Source: a virus
Taxonomy: Duplodnaviria; Caudoviricetes
Reading direction: 5' to 3' (one strand)
Length of the DNA stretch: 64,000 bases
IMG/VR virus record: IMGVR_UViG_3300050509_000221
Location: 18,664-82,663 of that record
A program made the position numbers and the translations under genes. Numbering within the stretch: the stretch's first letter is position 1; each line of letters starts with the position of its first letter. The notes below the pieces were generated by a model. It was not told where the DNA came from. It was given only the letters and a program-made list of their open reading frames with translations, and ran no database searches. Shown here in pieces: positions 35,769-44,548 of this stretch.

Positions 35769-35970
35769 CAGTTCGTCTCCTGGTGGTTCGGGGAGGTGAA
35801 GGACACACACATCGACGCGGTCACGGGCGCGTACCAATAGGGGCGCCCGCGGCAGTCGAAGCGAAGTCGGTAAGCAAACGCGACCGTCTGACCTTCTGCA
35901 CCGGACGTCTGCCCCAACCAGCGCCGCGACGCGGTCACATGAGCGGTCTTCGCCTCGTCGAAGCGCGCGC

Positions 35971-36483
35971 TCACGATTCCCCTCCCATCGAATTCCCTGT
36001 GTTTGTGTCCGCACTTCCCCGAACAGCCACAAACACAGGGAGACCCCATTCCTCCTGCAACGAACCACCGACCGACGCGCGCTTCTTGCCGGTGCGCGCG
36101 AGGTGACGCTTCGCTCGCGTCCACGCGCTCGAGACGGTGTCGGAGCGGTAGCCGCGGGGCGCGAGCACCGCGACGACTTCGGCGAGGATGCGCGCCCGAC
36201 CGTCGGCCATCAGCTCCCGGATCGCTGCTTCCGCACCGCCACGCAGGGCACGTTCACCCGCGGCGCGTGACGTCTCCGGGTCGTGGAGGTGGTAGGGCGC
36301 GTCGGGAAGTCCGGAGAGGGGCGCAGGAACTTCGTGCGCGGGCATCGGGACCCGAGCCGGGTATCGGGGAGTCTCCGGGTAGCACGACTCACAGAGAGAC
36401 CGTGGGCGTCCGTGACCGCGGTACTCGACCGGGTTGCCGCACTCCCGGCAGGTCGTCGTCAACGCGAGCTCGGCCTGGCTCAT
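35971..36483 (-). CDS. Hypothetical protein with Zn-finger and HTH-like region
   Basis: CRECG...CESC and a helical C-terminus. Confidence 0.55.
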   Translation of the reverse strand: MSQAELALTTTCRECGNPVEYRGHGRPRSLCESCYPETPRYPARVPMPAHEVPAPLSGLPDAPYHLHDPETSRAAGERALRGGAEAAIRELMADGRARILAEVVAVLAPRGYRSDTVSSAWTRAKRHLARTGKKRASVGGSLQEEWGLPVFVAVRGSADTNTGNSMGGES

Positions 36484-36845
36484 GCCGCGTCGTCCGTCTC
36501 GGGAAGCGACGATCGCAACAGGCCGCGCTCACGGGCAGCGGCGGGGGCGACGTGGTGAATCCAGTCGTGACACGCACCACAGACCGCGATCAGGTTCTCG
36601 AGTACGTCGGGTCCACCGCGCCCTGACGGCCAGACGTGGTGAGCGTGGTGGGCAGTGCCGACACACACGCCTTCCACGCGGGCTTCGCACCGCCACGTTG
36701 CGCGAGCCATGACTACCGGACGCAGTTCGTCCATCCGGTCGCGGTGGGTACGGCCCTTCGATCCGACGACGCGGAGACGCTTGCGACGCTTCGGCTTCCA
36801 GTTGCCGACATCCTTGAACCGGGTGACGACCTCGCGCGACGTCAT
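36480..36845 (-). CDS. HNH endonuclease
   Basis: CE...C...HHVWPSGRGG...NLIAVCGACHDWIH. Confidence 0.85.
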   Translation of the reverse strand: MTSREVVTRFKDVGNWKPKRRKRLRVVGSKGRTHRDRMDELRPVVMARATWRCEARVEGVCVGTAHHAHHVWPSGRGGPDVLENLIAVCGACHDWIHHVAPAAARERGLLRSSLPETDDAA

Positions 36846-37336
36846 GCCGCACCTCGCGCCTTGGCCTTGAGGCGTTCACGCTTGCGGTGCGCTGATTCTT
36901 TGCGGCGCTTCGCGGTGCCGCCGAGCCGCGCGGTGCGGCGGTACTGGCGCGGGCGCCGTTCGTTGTGCTCGCGCTGCTGCTGTAGGCGGCGGTCGTAGGC
37001 GCACAGATCGGAGCACGTCACCGGCACGGCGCCAGCGCGGCGAGGGGCCACGAACGTCGCAGCGCACACGACGCACGTCAGCTCTCGCCATCCGACGTCG
37101 AACTGCGCCCGTTCCGTCGGAGTCATCCCGCCGCGGAACCCGTGCCTGTAGGAGAACCCGCGAGCGAACATCTCGCGTTCCTCGTCAAGCGCAGCGGCAA
37201 GACACGCCGCAACGACTGGACACCCGGCGCACGCTGCACGCGCGGCCGTGTACGGGCGACACCCGGAGCGCGATCCCTCCGGGTAGAAGTCGGTCACGGG
37301 CATGGACCGACACGCGGCCAGCTCACGCCAGCTCAC
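36842..37336 (-). CDS. WhiB-family protein with C-terminal Zn-finger (3)
   Basis: AACRSM...ACAGCPVVAAC...GFRGG, then CVVC...CSDLC. Confidence 0.8.
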   Translation of the reverse strand: MSWRELAACRSMPVTDFYPEGSRSGCRPYTAARAACAGCPVVAACLAAALDEEREMFARGFSYRHGFRGGMTPTERAQFDVGWRELTCVVCAATFVAPRRAGAVPVTCSDLCAYDRRLQQQREHNERRPRQYRRTARLGGTAKRRKESAHRKRERLKAKARGAA

Positions 37337-37647
37337 GCCGGCACCCCGCGTGCTGCTGCGGCGAGAGCGGACAGCGCGGGATGCGTAGCGTCCTTGCGGT
37401 TCGCCACGAGCGCGCCGAGCACCACGTCGTCGATCACGGCCTCGTCGTCTCGGTCCGCGAGGCGCACGGAGACCACCGCTCCGCCTGGGTGGAAGCGGAC
37501 CGAACGCGTCAGGTCGCGCCTCCGCGGTGGGACGCGGAACGCCGGAACGTGCAGGCCGTTCGCGAGGCAGGCCGCGCCAACTCGGCGCGCTACGGCAGAG
37601 AACTCGAGCGGCGTCACGTCGAGCCGATCGGGTGAGCGTCCAACCAC
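37333..37647 (-). CDS. Hypothetical protein, paralog of 27421-27723
   Basis: EFSAVARR...PAFRVPP...RSVRF...VVSVRL. Confidence 0.65.
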   Translation of the reverse strand: MVGRSPDRLDVTPLEFSAVARRVGAACLANGLHVPAFRVPPRRRDLTRSVRFHPGGAVVSVRLADRDDEAVIDDVVLGALVANRKDATHPALSALAAAARGVPA

Positions 37648-38564
37648 ACGGCGAGGCCGGCCGTCTGCTCGTCGGTGATGCCGACGAGGTCCATCGCGAT
37701 GCCCGAGTCATTCAGGAACTCGTCGAGCTCGCGGTGCGCCTTCGTCGCCCCGGAGACCTTCGTGGCGCGGTACTCGGCGATGCGCTCCGGGACGGACAAC
37801 TCGTCGGGCTCCGGCTCGACGTCGATGACGTTGGGGTCGTCGGTACGGGCGATCGGATCGTCGGTGTCATCGGGCCGGAAGTCGAAGACCCCTTCGTCGG
37901 CGGCGAGGGCCGCGGCGAACTCGGGCGACATGGGCAGGTAGGGGGACATGGCGCGGATCACCGTCTTGCGCGACATCGGTCCGGGGTCCGTCACCCACGG
38001 CCCGGACGACTTCGCCTTGGATCGGTTCCGCCGCTCTGCGATCTCGGCCAAGTCCATGACGTGCAGCAGTTGGCCCCCACCGGGGAACTTGGCGATGCCG
38101 TAGTACGCAATCGTCTCGCCGCGGTCGTTGAGCTTGGGGACGTGGCGCAGGAACTCGGCCGACCCGTACTCGAACGCGAAGTCGTCCTTGGTCCTGACTT
38201 CGCGCGCCACGATGTCGAGCAGTTGGCCCGACCGGCGAGCGAGGTCGATGTAGCCGCGATAGCCGATGATGAGCGAGACTTCGCCGTTGTAGGGAACGAG
38301 ATACGCCTGGCCGAGCGGTCCCGGTTCGAGGCCGAGCTGTGCGGCCTGCATCATCGAGCCGAGCAGCGACGACGGCGTGCAGGTGAGCAGCTTCTTGGTG
38401 CGCTTGCACTCGGTGAGGACGATCCGGGCGAACCGCTCGGTCGTGAGGTGGCGCGGGAGGGCGCGAGCGATCTCGTGCTTCTGCACGTCGATCAGTTGAG
38501 CGACGGTGGGCTTGGGCTTCTCGACCTCGGTCGAGCTGGCGGCGACAGACTCCGCGAGGGTCAT
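37614..38564 (-). CDS. recT: RecT single-strand annealing protein
   Basis: ALPRHL...LLGSMMQAAQLGLEP...LGQAYLVPY...IIGYRGYIDLARRSG...MSRKTV. Confidence 0.92.
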   Translation of the reverse strand: MTLAESVAASSTEVEKPKPTVAQLIDVQKHEIARALPRHLTTERFARIVLTECKRTKKLLTCTPSSLLGSMMQAAQLGLEPGPLGQAYLVPYNGEVSLIIGYRGYIDLARRSGQLLDIVAREVRTKDDFAFEYGSAEFLRHVPKLNDRGETIAYYGIAKFPGGGQLLHVMDLAEIAERRNRSKAKSSGPWVTDPGPMSRKTVIRAMSPYLPMSPEFAAALAADEGVFDFRPDDTDDPIARTDDPNVIDVEPEPDELSVPERIAEYRATKVSGATKAHRELDEFLNDSGIAMDLVGITDEQTAGLAVWLDAHPIGST

Positions 38565-39463
38565 CGCGCCCCCTTCAAGAGGAAGGCGCGAGACGGCGGG
38601 CCGGCGGGGTGCTCGCAGTCCGGGCAGTTGTGGAGGTGGTCTCGCTGCTTCCCCGCCTTCCAGGTGACGACCTGCTCGCCGTCGAGCAGACCGATCTCGG
38701 CGTTGCCAAGCAGCGCCTTCAACTCGTTCTGCACGAGATCCACGTCCGCCTTCGCGTCCGTCGCCATCTGCTTGGCGAGACGCAGTTCCTCCACGAGTCG
38801 ACGCGCGTCGTCGGGCAGGTCGACTTCCAGGTCGCGTTCGGAGAACGCGTAGAGCTGCGCGAGTGCCGTGGTGGTCGACTGGTGTCCGTCTACGGGGGGC
38901 GGGTCGCCGTCGAGCACGCGCTGCCAGAACCGTGTCTCGATCTCGACGAGGAGCGCGATGGTGTCCTCGTCGCGCTCGAACGTCCAGGTGTCGTAGTAGC
39001 GCCCGTCGAGCAGGCAGGCGAAGTGGACGCGCTCGCGGCCGGTGACGAGGAGTTGATGCTGACCCTGCACGAGCACGCGTTCGGGCGGGCCGTCGCGCCA
39101 GTCGTGACGCAAAGCGGAGGTCTTGATCTCCAGCAAAGCGACATCGCCGACGAGCCGGTCCGGCGAGCACAGCATGAACGGGTGCTCCGGGTGGCGGTAC
39201 ATGACGGTCGGCTTGGCTACCTCGAGGCCGGTGTCGTCGGCGAACTTCGCGGCGATCGGGTCCTCCAGGCGACGGCCCCACTCCATCGCCGGGTTCTCGG
39301 GCTCCTCGTCGAGCTCGCCGCGCTTGTCGAGGTAGACGACGAACGGGGAACGGAAGCGGTCCAGGCCGCAGATGGCAGGCGCGTCCGAGGAGCCGATGCC
39401 TTGGCGGCGCACATCGAGCCACTCGTCGCGGCTCATGCCGTCGATGTCGATGGTGGCGGTCAC
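38561..39463 (-). CDS. YqaJ/RecE-like exonuclease
   Basis: WLDVRRQGIGSSDA, WGRRLE, SPDRL, LEIKT and QGQHQL. Confidence 0.9.
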   Translation of the reverse strand: MTATIDIDGMSRDEWLDVRRQGIGSSDAPAICGLDRFRSPFVVYLDKRGELDEEPENPAMEWGRRLEDPIAAKFADDTGLEVAKPTVMYRHPEHPFMLCSPDRLVGDVALLEIKTSALRHDWRDGPPERVLVQGQHQLLVTGRERVHFACLLDGRYYDTWTFERDEDTIALLVEIETRFWQRVLDGDPPPVDGHQSTTTALAQLYAFSERDLEVDLPDDARRLVEELRLAKQMATDAKADVDLVQNELKALLGNAEIGLLDGEQVVTWKAGKQRDHLHNCPDCEHPAGPPSRAFLLKGAR

Positions 39464-39624
39464 AGCATCTCTCCTTGGCCCGTGCACGCGGCGACCTCTG
39501 AGGCGAGGTACGAGTAGGCGTCGTGGACCTCCGGGGGGTCCGCATCGTCGAGCGTCGACGCGATGTAGTTCGCGAGCGCGTCGGCCAGCGCGAGCGGGAG
39601 GTCGACCGAGGTCGGATAGGCCAT
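39460..39624 (-). CDS. Small hypothetical protein (54 aa)
   Basis: My translation MAYPTSVDLPL...; RBS GGAG upstream; coupled to the exonuclease. Confidence 0.45.
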   Translation of the reverse strand: MAYPTSVDLPLALADALANYIASTLDDADPPEVHDAYSYLASEVAACTGQGEML

Positions 39625-39695
39625 GCGTTACGCTCCTTGGTGTCGGGCGCTCCGACCGCTCTGCTTCCAAGGGCAGCGGTCGGAGCGTTCTCGCG

Positions 39696-40869
39696 TCAGG
39701 ACTGGTCGTTCCGGAATCGGTGCGGGTACTTCTCGAGGTTCAACACCTGACCGGAGTCCGCGAGGAACCCGGCTCCGATCGCGACGCCGAACAGGAACCG
39801 GCCGCGGTACTCGACCCGCACGCGCGGCAGAGGCTCCGGGGTGACGGGCCGACCGAGGGCGTTCACGCGTCACCTTCGATGCGGACGTAGGCCGGTGCGG
39901 GCTTGCCGTGTTGACGGTTCGGACAGGACCCGTGGATCGCGGATGATCCGGGAAGAAGGCCGATGCGGTGACCGCACGCGGAGCAGGCGAACTCTTGGAG
40001 GCTCACGCGAGCGGCGCGATCGTCTGTCCGGATGGGAGGCCCGAGAGACGCCACATGAAGTGCGCGTCGTCTGCGTGGGCGCGGAGGGCGGCGAGCTTGC
40101 GTTCGTCGAGCTGGCTGAACTTCGCCTCCAACGCGACTCTCAGGTTCGCGACTCCACGCAGGAACGCGTCGCGGTCGCCTCTCACGACTGGTCCCTCGCG
40201 GCTTCTTCACGCGCGGCTTGGAGAGACCAGCGAGCGAGACGTGACCCCGGACGCATCGAGCGGAGCGGAACAGGAACGCTTCCGGTCGTACCGTCCGGGG
40301 CCACATCGAGACCAGCCGTCCCCGACACGGCGGAAGGAGCCGTCGGGGGTTCGCTGGTCTCCACGGGGGCCAGCGGCGACGCACTCGCCTGCACCCCCGC
40401 GTTCTTGTCGCGGTGCAGCCACAGGAACCCGGCCGCGATGGCGAGCAGCGCGAGAACACCGAGTGCCGCGACGAGGAAGTCGCCCGACGTGTACTGCTCG
40501 GCGGTCACCGGCCACGCCATTCGCGTCGAAGCTGCGCGCCCCGCTGCTCGCGTTCCACATCACGCCACCGACGCGAACGCCGGACCATCAACGCGAAGTC
40601 GATCGCCGCGACAAGCACGATCCCCGCGAAGATCACCCACGCGAGCGCGCGTCCGAAGCCGGTACCGGGAGCAGTCGCCAGGAAGATCACGACTGCCTCG
40701 ACCGCAACTCGGAGAGCACGTCGTGGGCGCCGTCACGAACACCACGGTCGTAGAAGGTCATCGCGCCGGCAGCGAACCCGAGGCCGATGAGGAGGAGCAG
40801 GAAGGCGTACCCGTACAGGAACGAGAACGCGCAGACGAGGGTCAGGGCGAGGAACCCGAGCACCTTCAC
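39696..40869 (-). other. Chain of six small GTGA/ATGA-coupled early genes, three of them membrane proteins
   Basis: ORFs 39696-39866, 39863-40006, 40003-40185, 40182-40520, 40505-40690 and 40687-40869; hydrophobic segments in the last three. Confidence 0.55.
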
Positions 40870-41060
40870 GACGCGGCCTCGGTGGGCTCAGGAGCCAGCA
40901 GCCGCTCGACCTCGACGCGGCGAACACGGATACCGCGACCCGGCGTCCGGACTGCGGTGACCATCTCGTCGCGCACCCAGCGGCGCACCGTTCCGGGATG
41001 GACCCGGTAGAGATCGGCGACTTCCTGCACCGTCAGGAGCTCGGGAGAGGCGTTGGTCAC
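40866..41060 (-). CDS. Excisionase / Cro-like MerR-type HTH
   Basis: LLTVQEVADLYRVHPGTVRRWVRD...GIRVRR. Confidence 0.85.
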   Translation of the reverse strand: MTNASPELLTVQEVADLYRVHPGTVRRWVRDEMVTAVRTPGRGIRVRRVEVERLLAPEPTEAAS

Positions 41061-41067
41061 GAGCGAG

Positions 41068-41096
41068 AGCGTAGAACATTCAACGCTCGGTTGCAA
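41068..41096 (-). promoter_or_regulatory. Leftward (early) promoter TTGCAA-N17-TACGCT, probably leaderless
   Basis: -35 at 41096-41091, -10 at 41073-41068, GTG start 7 nt further on. Confidence 0.7.
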
Positions 41097-41137
41097 GACC
41101 CTTCATCACCGACTTTCAGTGTTCATCCGGCCACGCC

Positions 41138-41166
41138 TTGCAACAGGAGCGCACAATCTGTACGCT
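41138..41166 (+). promoter_or_regulatory. Rightward (repressor) promoter TTGCAA-N17-TACGCT
   Basis: -35 at 41138-41143, -10 at 41161-41166. Confidence 0.7.
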
Positions 41167-41205
41167 CTCCGGAACAGAACCCCCCGCACGGTGGAGAGAG
41201 GAACG

Positions 41206-41613
41206 ATGACGACAGCACAGGTCCTCCGAGTTGAGTGGACGATGGCCGACCGAATCAGCAAGGTTCGGCGCACCCTGGATCTCGAGCAGGAGGAGTTCGG
41301 CCAGAAGGTCGCAGGCGTGGGCTCGGCAGCGGTCTCGAAGTGGGAGCGCGACCGCGGCAAGCCGTCAGACCCGATCGGCACAGCGCGTCGCATCGAAGAC
41401 CTCGCCATCGCCAGCGGGCACCCGGAGTTCACCGCAGCATGGGTGCTCGGACTCGACTCGTACGACGAACCACGAACCGGAGGCACAATGGGCATGTTCG
41501 ACAAGATCAACGTCGAACGCCCGCAACGCTCGCGAGGCCAGAACCGCACCGGCGCAGGGCGCAACCGCGCTGGCGGAACCCGGCCCGCAGAACGCGGCCA
41601 ACGCGCTGCCTGA
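41206..41613 (+). CDS. Immunity repressor (XRE HTH)
   Basis: ISKVRRTLDLEQEEFGQKVAGVGSAAVSKWERDRGKP; divergent from the excisionase; ends QRAA. Confidence 0.85.
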   Translation: MTTAQVLRVEWTMADRISKVRRTLDLEQEEFGQKVAGVGSAAVSKWERDRGKPSDPIGTARRIEDLAIASGHPEFTAAWVLGLDSYDEPRTGGTMGMFDKINVERPQRSRGQNRTGAGRNRAGGTRPAERGQRAA

Positions 41614-41652
41614 CCCGTCAGATCCAATCGACCCCTTGCACCCATCCCCACG

Positions 41653-42552
41653 GTGAGTGAACATTCGCCCACTCGGCACCGCACGCGAACAGGGCCGGGT
41701 GGGCGAGGCCCGATGGACGGAGCCGAGATCATTCGGCGGCACGTCGCGCACATGACAAGACGCGGCTTACGACCGACCACCGTCACCTACCGCATCCGCG
41801 CGCTACGACGGCTCGAGATCCACGCAAGTCGCTCCCTGCTCCACATCCACCTCGACGACCTCCGCGCCTACCTCGACGCGCTCCCCGACGCGGGCTACCG
41901 CTCCGCAGAGACCAGCCACTTCCGCGGGTTCTTCAAGTGGGCAACGATCGAGGGCTACGTCCACGAGGACCCGACATACCGGCTGGAACGCACCCGGCGG
42001 CGGAAGTACCTGCCGAACCCGATGCCCGTCGATGACGTCGCTCGCGCGCTCCAGAACCCGCCCGCTCGGATCGCGAATGCGATGTGGCTCGCAGCGTACG
42101 CGGGTCTACGCGCCTGCGACCTCGCGCCGCTCCGGCGTGAACACCTGATGATCGACGCTCGGGTCCCGACCGTGTTCGTCGAGGAATCCAAGGGCGGGAA
42201 ACCTCGCACCGTGCCGCTCGCGCCGCTGCTCGTCGAGGCCCTGCGACTCCCCCGCTCCGGGTGGCTGTTCCCCTACCACGACGGGCGCAGCGGACACATC
42301 ACCGCCCACTACATGTCGATGCTCTGCAACGCCTACCTTCACGATCTCGGCATCGACCACACGCTCCACACGCTGCGACACCGGTTCATCACGGACTGCT
42401 ACGCCGTCGACAGGGATCTCGTCGTCACCCAGGAACTCGCCGGGCATGAGTCGATCGAGATGACCCGCCGCTACACCTGGACCGACCCTGGCGCCGCGGC
42501 GAACACTGTCGCTCAGCTCCCCGACCCACGGCGCGTGCTCACGTTCGCCTGA
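41653..42552 (+). CDS. int: Tyrosine integrase
   Basis: GLRACD (R), HTLRH (HxxR), AGH (H/W) and TRRYT (Y); short, with no arm-binding domain evident. Confidence 0.92.
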   Translation: MSEHSPTRHRTRTGPGGRGPMDGAEIIRRHVAHMTRRGLRPTTVTYRIRALRRLEIHASRSLLHIHLDDLRAYLDALPDAGYRSAETSHFRGFFKWATIEGYVHEDPTYRLERTRRRKYLPNPMPVDDVARALQNPPARIANAMWLAAYAGLRACDLAPLRREHLMIDARVPTVFVEESKGGKPRTVPLAPLLVEALRLPRSGWLFPYHDGRSGHITAHYMSMLCNAYLHDLGIDHTLHTLRHRFITDCYAVDRDLVVTQELAGHESIEMTRRYTWTDPGAAANTVAQLPDPRRVLTFA

Positions 42553-42573
42553 TTCGGTGTACCCTCCGCGTCC

Positions 42574-42831
42574 ATGCAGAAGGGAGCGCTCACCGAGACC
42601 GGCGCCCGGTTCTCGGACCGGAATCTCATCGCAGCCAACCTGTTCTCCGTCGCCCGCGTCACATGCAACATGCACGACGCACTTCTGATCGAACAGCGAC
42701 GGACGAACCAGCTTCTCGAAACCCTGATCGAGCTCGGCGGGGGCGACGTGCCCGATGTTGAGCCAGCAGTTCTGGTGGAGCACCACTCGTTAGACCCGAT
42801 GACCGGCGAACCCGTCCGGGATCGGGCCTGA
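42574..42831 (+). CDS. Hypothetical protein
   Basis: ORF directly after int. Confidence 0.45.
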   Translation: MQKGALTETGARFSDRNLIAANLFSVARVTCNMHDALLIEQRRTNQLLETLIELGGGDVPDVEPAVLVEHHSLDPMTGEPVRDRA

Positions 42832-42958
42832 GCAATCTCATCCGGTGAACGTTACGGTCCGTGATGCACTGCGCGACTCACACGGGAAGACAACCCGGCT
42901 CCAGTACGCAGCCGCAGCGAAGAAGTGCCGAGCCACCTAAGACAATTCGAGGCTCGAA

Positions 42959-43099
42959 GTGCAAGCACTCTGGAACGGTTTCTGGTACTACGGGATGTGG
43001 TTATTCCTGATCCCGTTCGGGGCAGGCGCAGGAGTGTGGATCGTTCGTCGAACGCGAAGAAGCCCCCGACCGAAGTCGGGGGCGCAACGCGTGAAGTGA
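42959..43099 (+). CDS. 46-aa single-pass membrane peptide
   Basis: My translation VQALWNGFWYYGMWLFLIPFGAGAGVWIVRRTRR...; GAGG upstream. Confidence 0.45.
   Translation: MQALWNGFWYYGMWLFLIPFGAGAGVWIVRRTRRSPRPKSGAQRVK
43064..43085 (-). terminator. Intrinsic terminator ending module B late operon
   Basis: GCCCCCGAC-CGAA-GTCGGGGGC hairpin followed by TTCTT on the minus strand. Confidence 0.7.
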
Positions 43100-43108
43100 C
43101 GGGCTAGG

Positions 43109-43474
43109 TCAGGACGCGGCGAGCACGACCCTGCGTACCTCGAACATACCCTCGAACACGCGGTCCAGAGACCCGGTCGCGCGGGCGGTGAGCTCGAACA
43201 CGTAGCTCTGCCCGGCGACCACGCTGGACGCGGCAATCTCACCCGCGCTCCACGTCACCGTGACGTTCGGGACGCCGGTCGGTTCCTTCCCGGAACCTGC
43301 CGCGCCCGTGATGCCCGAGGCCTTCGTGAGCTTCGCGGCGGAACCCTTGTCGCCGATCAGGAGCGTGAACGTGTAGCCCGTCGAGAAGTCGATGAGGGTG
43401 CCGTCGTCGTCTTCGAGCCAGAGCTTCGCGGCAGGACGATCCGCCGTGATGTGGTAGGCGAGCTTCTGGCTCAT
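43109..43474 (-). CDS. BppU-like Ig-fold virion protein, module B
   Basis: IDFSTGYTFTL...VTVTWS...YVFELT...FEGMFEV. Confidence 0.6.
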   Translation of the reverse strand: MSQKLAYHITADRPAAKLWLEDDDGTLIDFSTGYTFTLLIGDKGSAAKLTKASGITGAAGSGKEPTGVPNVTVTWSAGEIAASSVVAGQSYVFELTARATGSLDRVFEGMFEVRRVVLAAS

Positions 43475-44217
43475 CGGCGCTGCTCCCGGAGGGTGGCGGT
43501 GTGGCCGCGGTCGCGGACCGTCACGGTGTGGCCGTCGTCGTCGATCGTGGCGGTGTGGGTTCGATCTCGCAGTGTCGCGGTGTGACCGTTGCCGTCGAGG
43601 GTTGCGGTGTGGCCGCGGTCGCGGAGGGTGAGCGTGATCGGGTTGGGGTCCGCGGTGGCGCCGAACGTGCCGTCCGCGTTGATGGTGCAGCCCGCGAGCA
43701 GCGCCGCGAGGGTGCCGACCACCGACGAACCCGACGCGGCACAGAGCGCATCCGCGAGGGTCGCAGCGAGGCTTCCCGCCGCGCCCACCCCACCAGACAC
43801 GGAGCCCGTTGCGTCATCGAGCGTGGCGGCGCAGGACCCGGCGACACCATGCCCACCGGAGGCCGCGCCTGTGCAGTCCGAGAGGGTTGAGCCGAGAGCC
43901 CCGGTGACCGACGACCCGGAAGCTGCGCCGGTCGCGTCGTCGAGCGTGACGGCCAGGGTCCCAGCAGGGCCGGTGCCACCTGTCGCGGTGGAAGTCGCGT
44001 CGGCCAACGTCTGCGCGAGGGACCCGGACGGGCCATGCCCACCGGACGCGACGACGGTCGCTCCGGCGAGGGTCTGAGCAACCGTGCCGGTGACGCTCGA
44101 ACCTGAGGCCGCGCACGTCGCGTCCGCCAGTGTGACCGCGACGGTGCCGGTGACGGTCGTTCCTTCGGAGTGGGTTTGGCCTGGCGCAACCCATCCGAAC
44201 GCGTCGCCACCGAACAT
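43471..44217 (-). CDS. Repeat-rich fibre-like protein
   Basis: About 8 repeats of G(T/S)xAxTLxDATxAASG. Confidence 0.6.
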   Translation of the reverse strand: MFGGDAFGWVAPGQTHSEGTTVTGTVAVTLADATCAASGSSVTGTVAQTLAGATVVASGGHGPSGSLAQTLADATSTATGGTGPAGTLAVTLDDATGAASGSSVTGALGSTLSDCTGAASGGHGVAGSCAATLDDATGSVSGGVGAAGSLAATLADALCAASGSSVVGTLAALLAGCTINADGTFGATADPNPITLTLRDRGHTATLDGNGHTATLRDRTHTATIDDDGHTVTVRDRGHTATLREQRR

Positions 44218-44220
44218 GCG

Positions 44221-44547
44221 TCAGGACCCGTTTCGTCCGGATGCCTCGATCAGATCGGCCATGCCGTCGAAGAACGTCCCGAGCCGGTTCACGACGACTT
44301 GAAGCGTCGCTACCGCGTTTCCCGCGGTGACGGTGGTACCTCGCGCGTCGCTCGCCCACTGACGCAACGTCGGCACGGAGGCTTTGATCCTAGCGTCGCG
44401 GAGGGCGGCGAGTCCGGCGTTGGAGCCGACTTTGGGGCGATGTTCGACGGTGCCGCCATTCGCGGTGCGAGTCGCCCACGTCTCATGGTCGGCGGTCTCG
44501 GAGACCTTGGTCGGCGTGTTGAGAGGCAGGCCGTCGTACTCCGCCAT
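44221..44547 (-). CDS. Hypothetical tail-associated protein
   Basis: Coupled ORF in the fibre block. Confidence 0.5.
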   Translation of the reverse strand: MAEYDGLPLNTPTKVSETADHETWATRTANGGTVEHRPKVGSNAGLAALRDARIKASVPTLRQWASDARGTTVTAGNAVATLQVVVNRLGTFFDGMADLIEASGRNGS

Positions 44548-44548
44548 A

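Noticed and set aside
37321-37340. Tandem 10-bp repeat GCTCACGCC(A/G)
   Set aside because: Too short; explained by the stop/start overlap and ordinary codons.
41443-41465. tRNA T-arm-like sequence (reverse complement GAGTCGAGTCCGAGCACCCA) as an attP core
   Set aside because: Only a partial resemblance; it lacks GTTC and a pairing stem, so it cannot be supported without a search.
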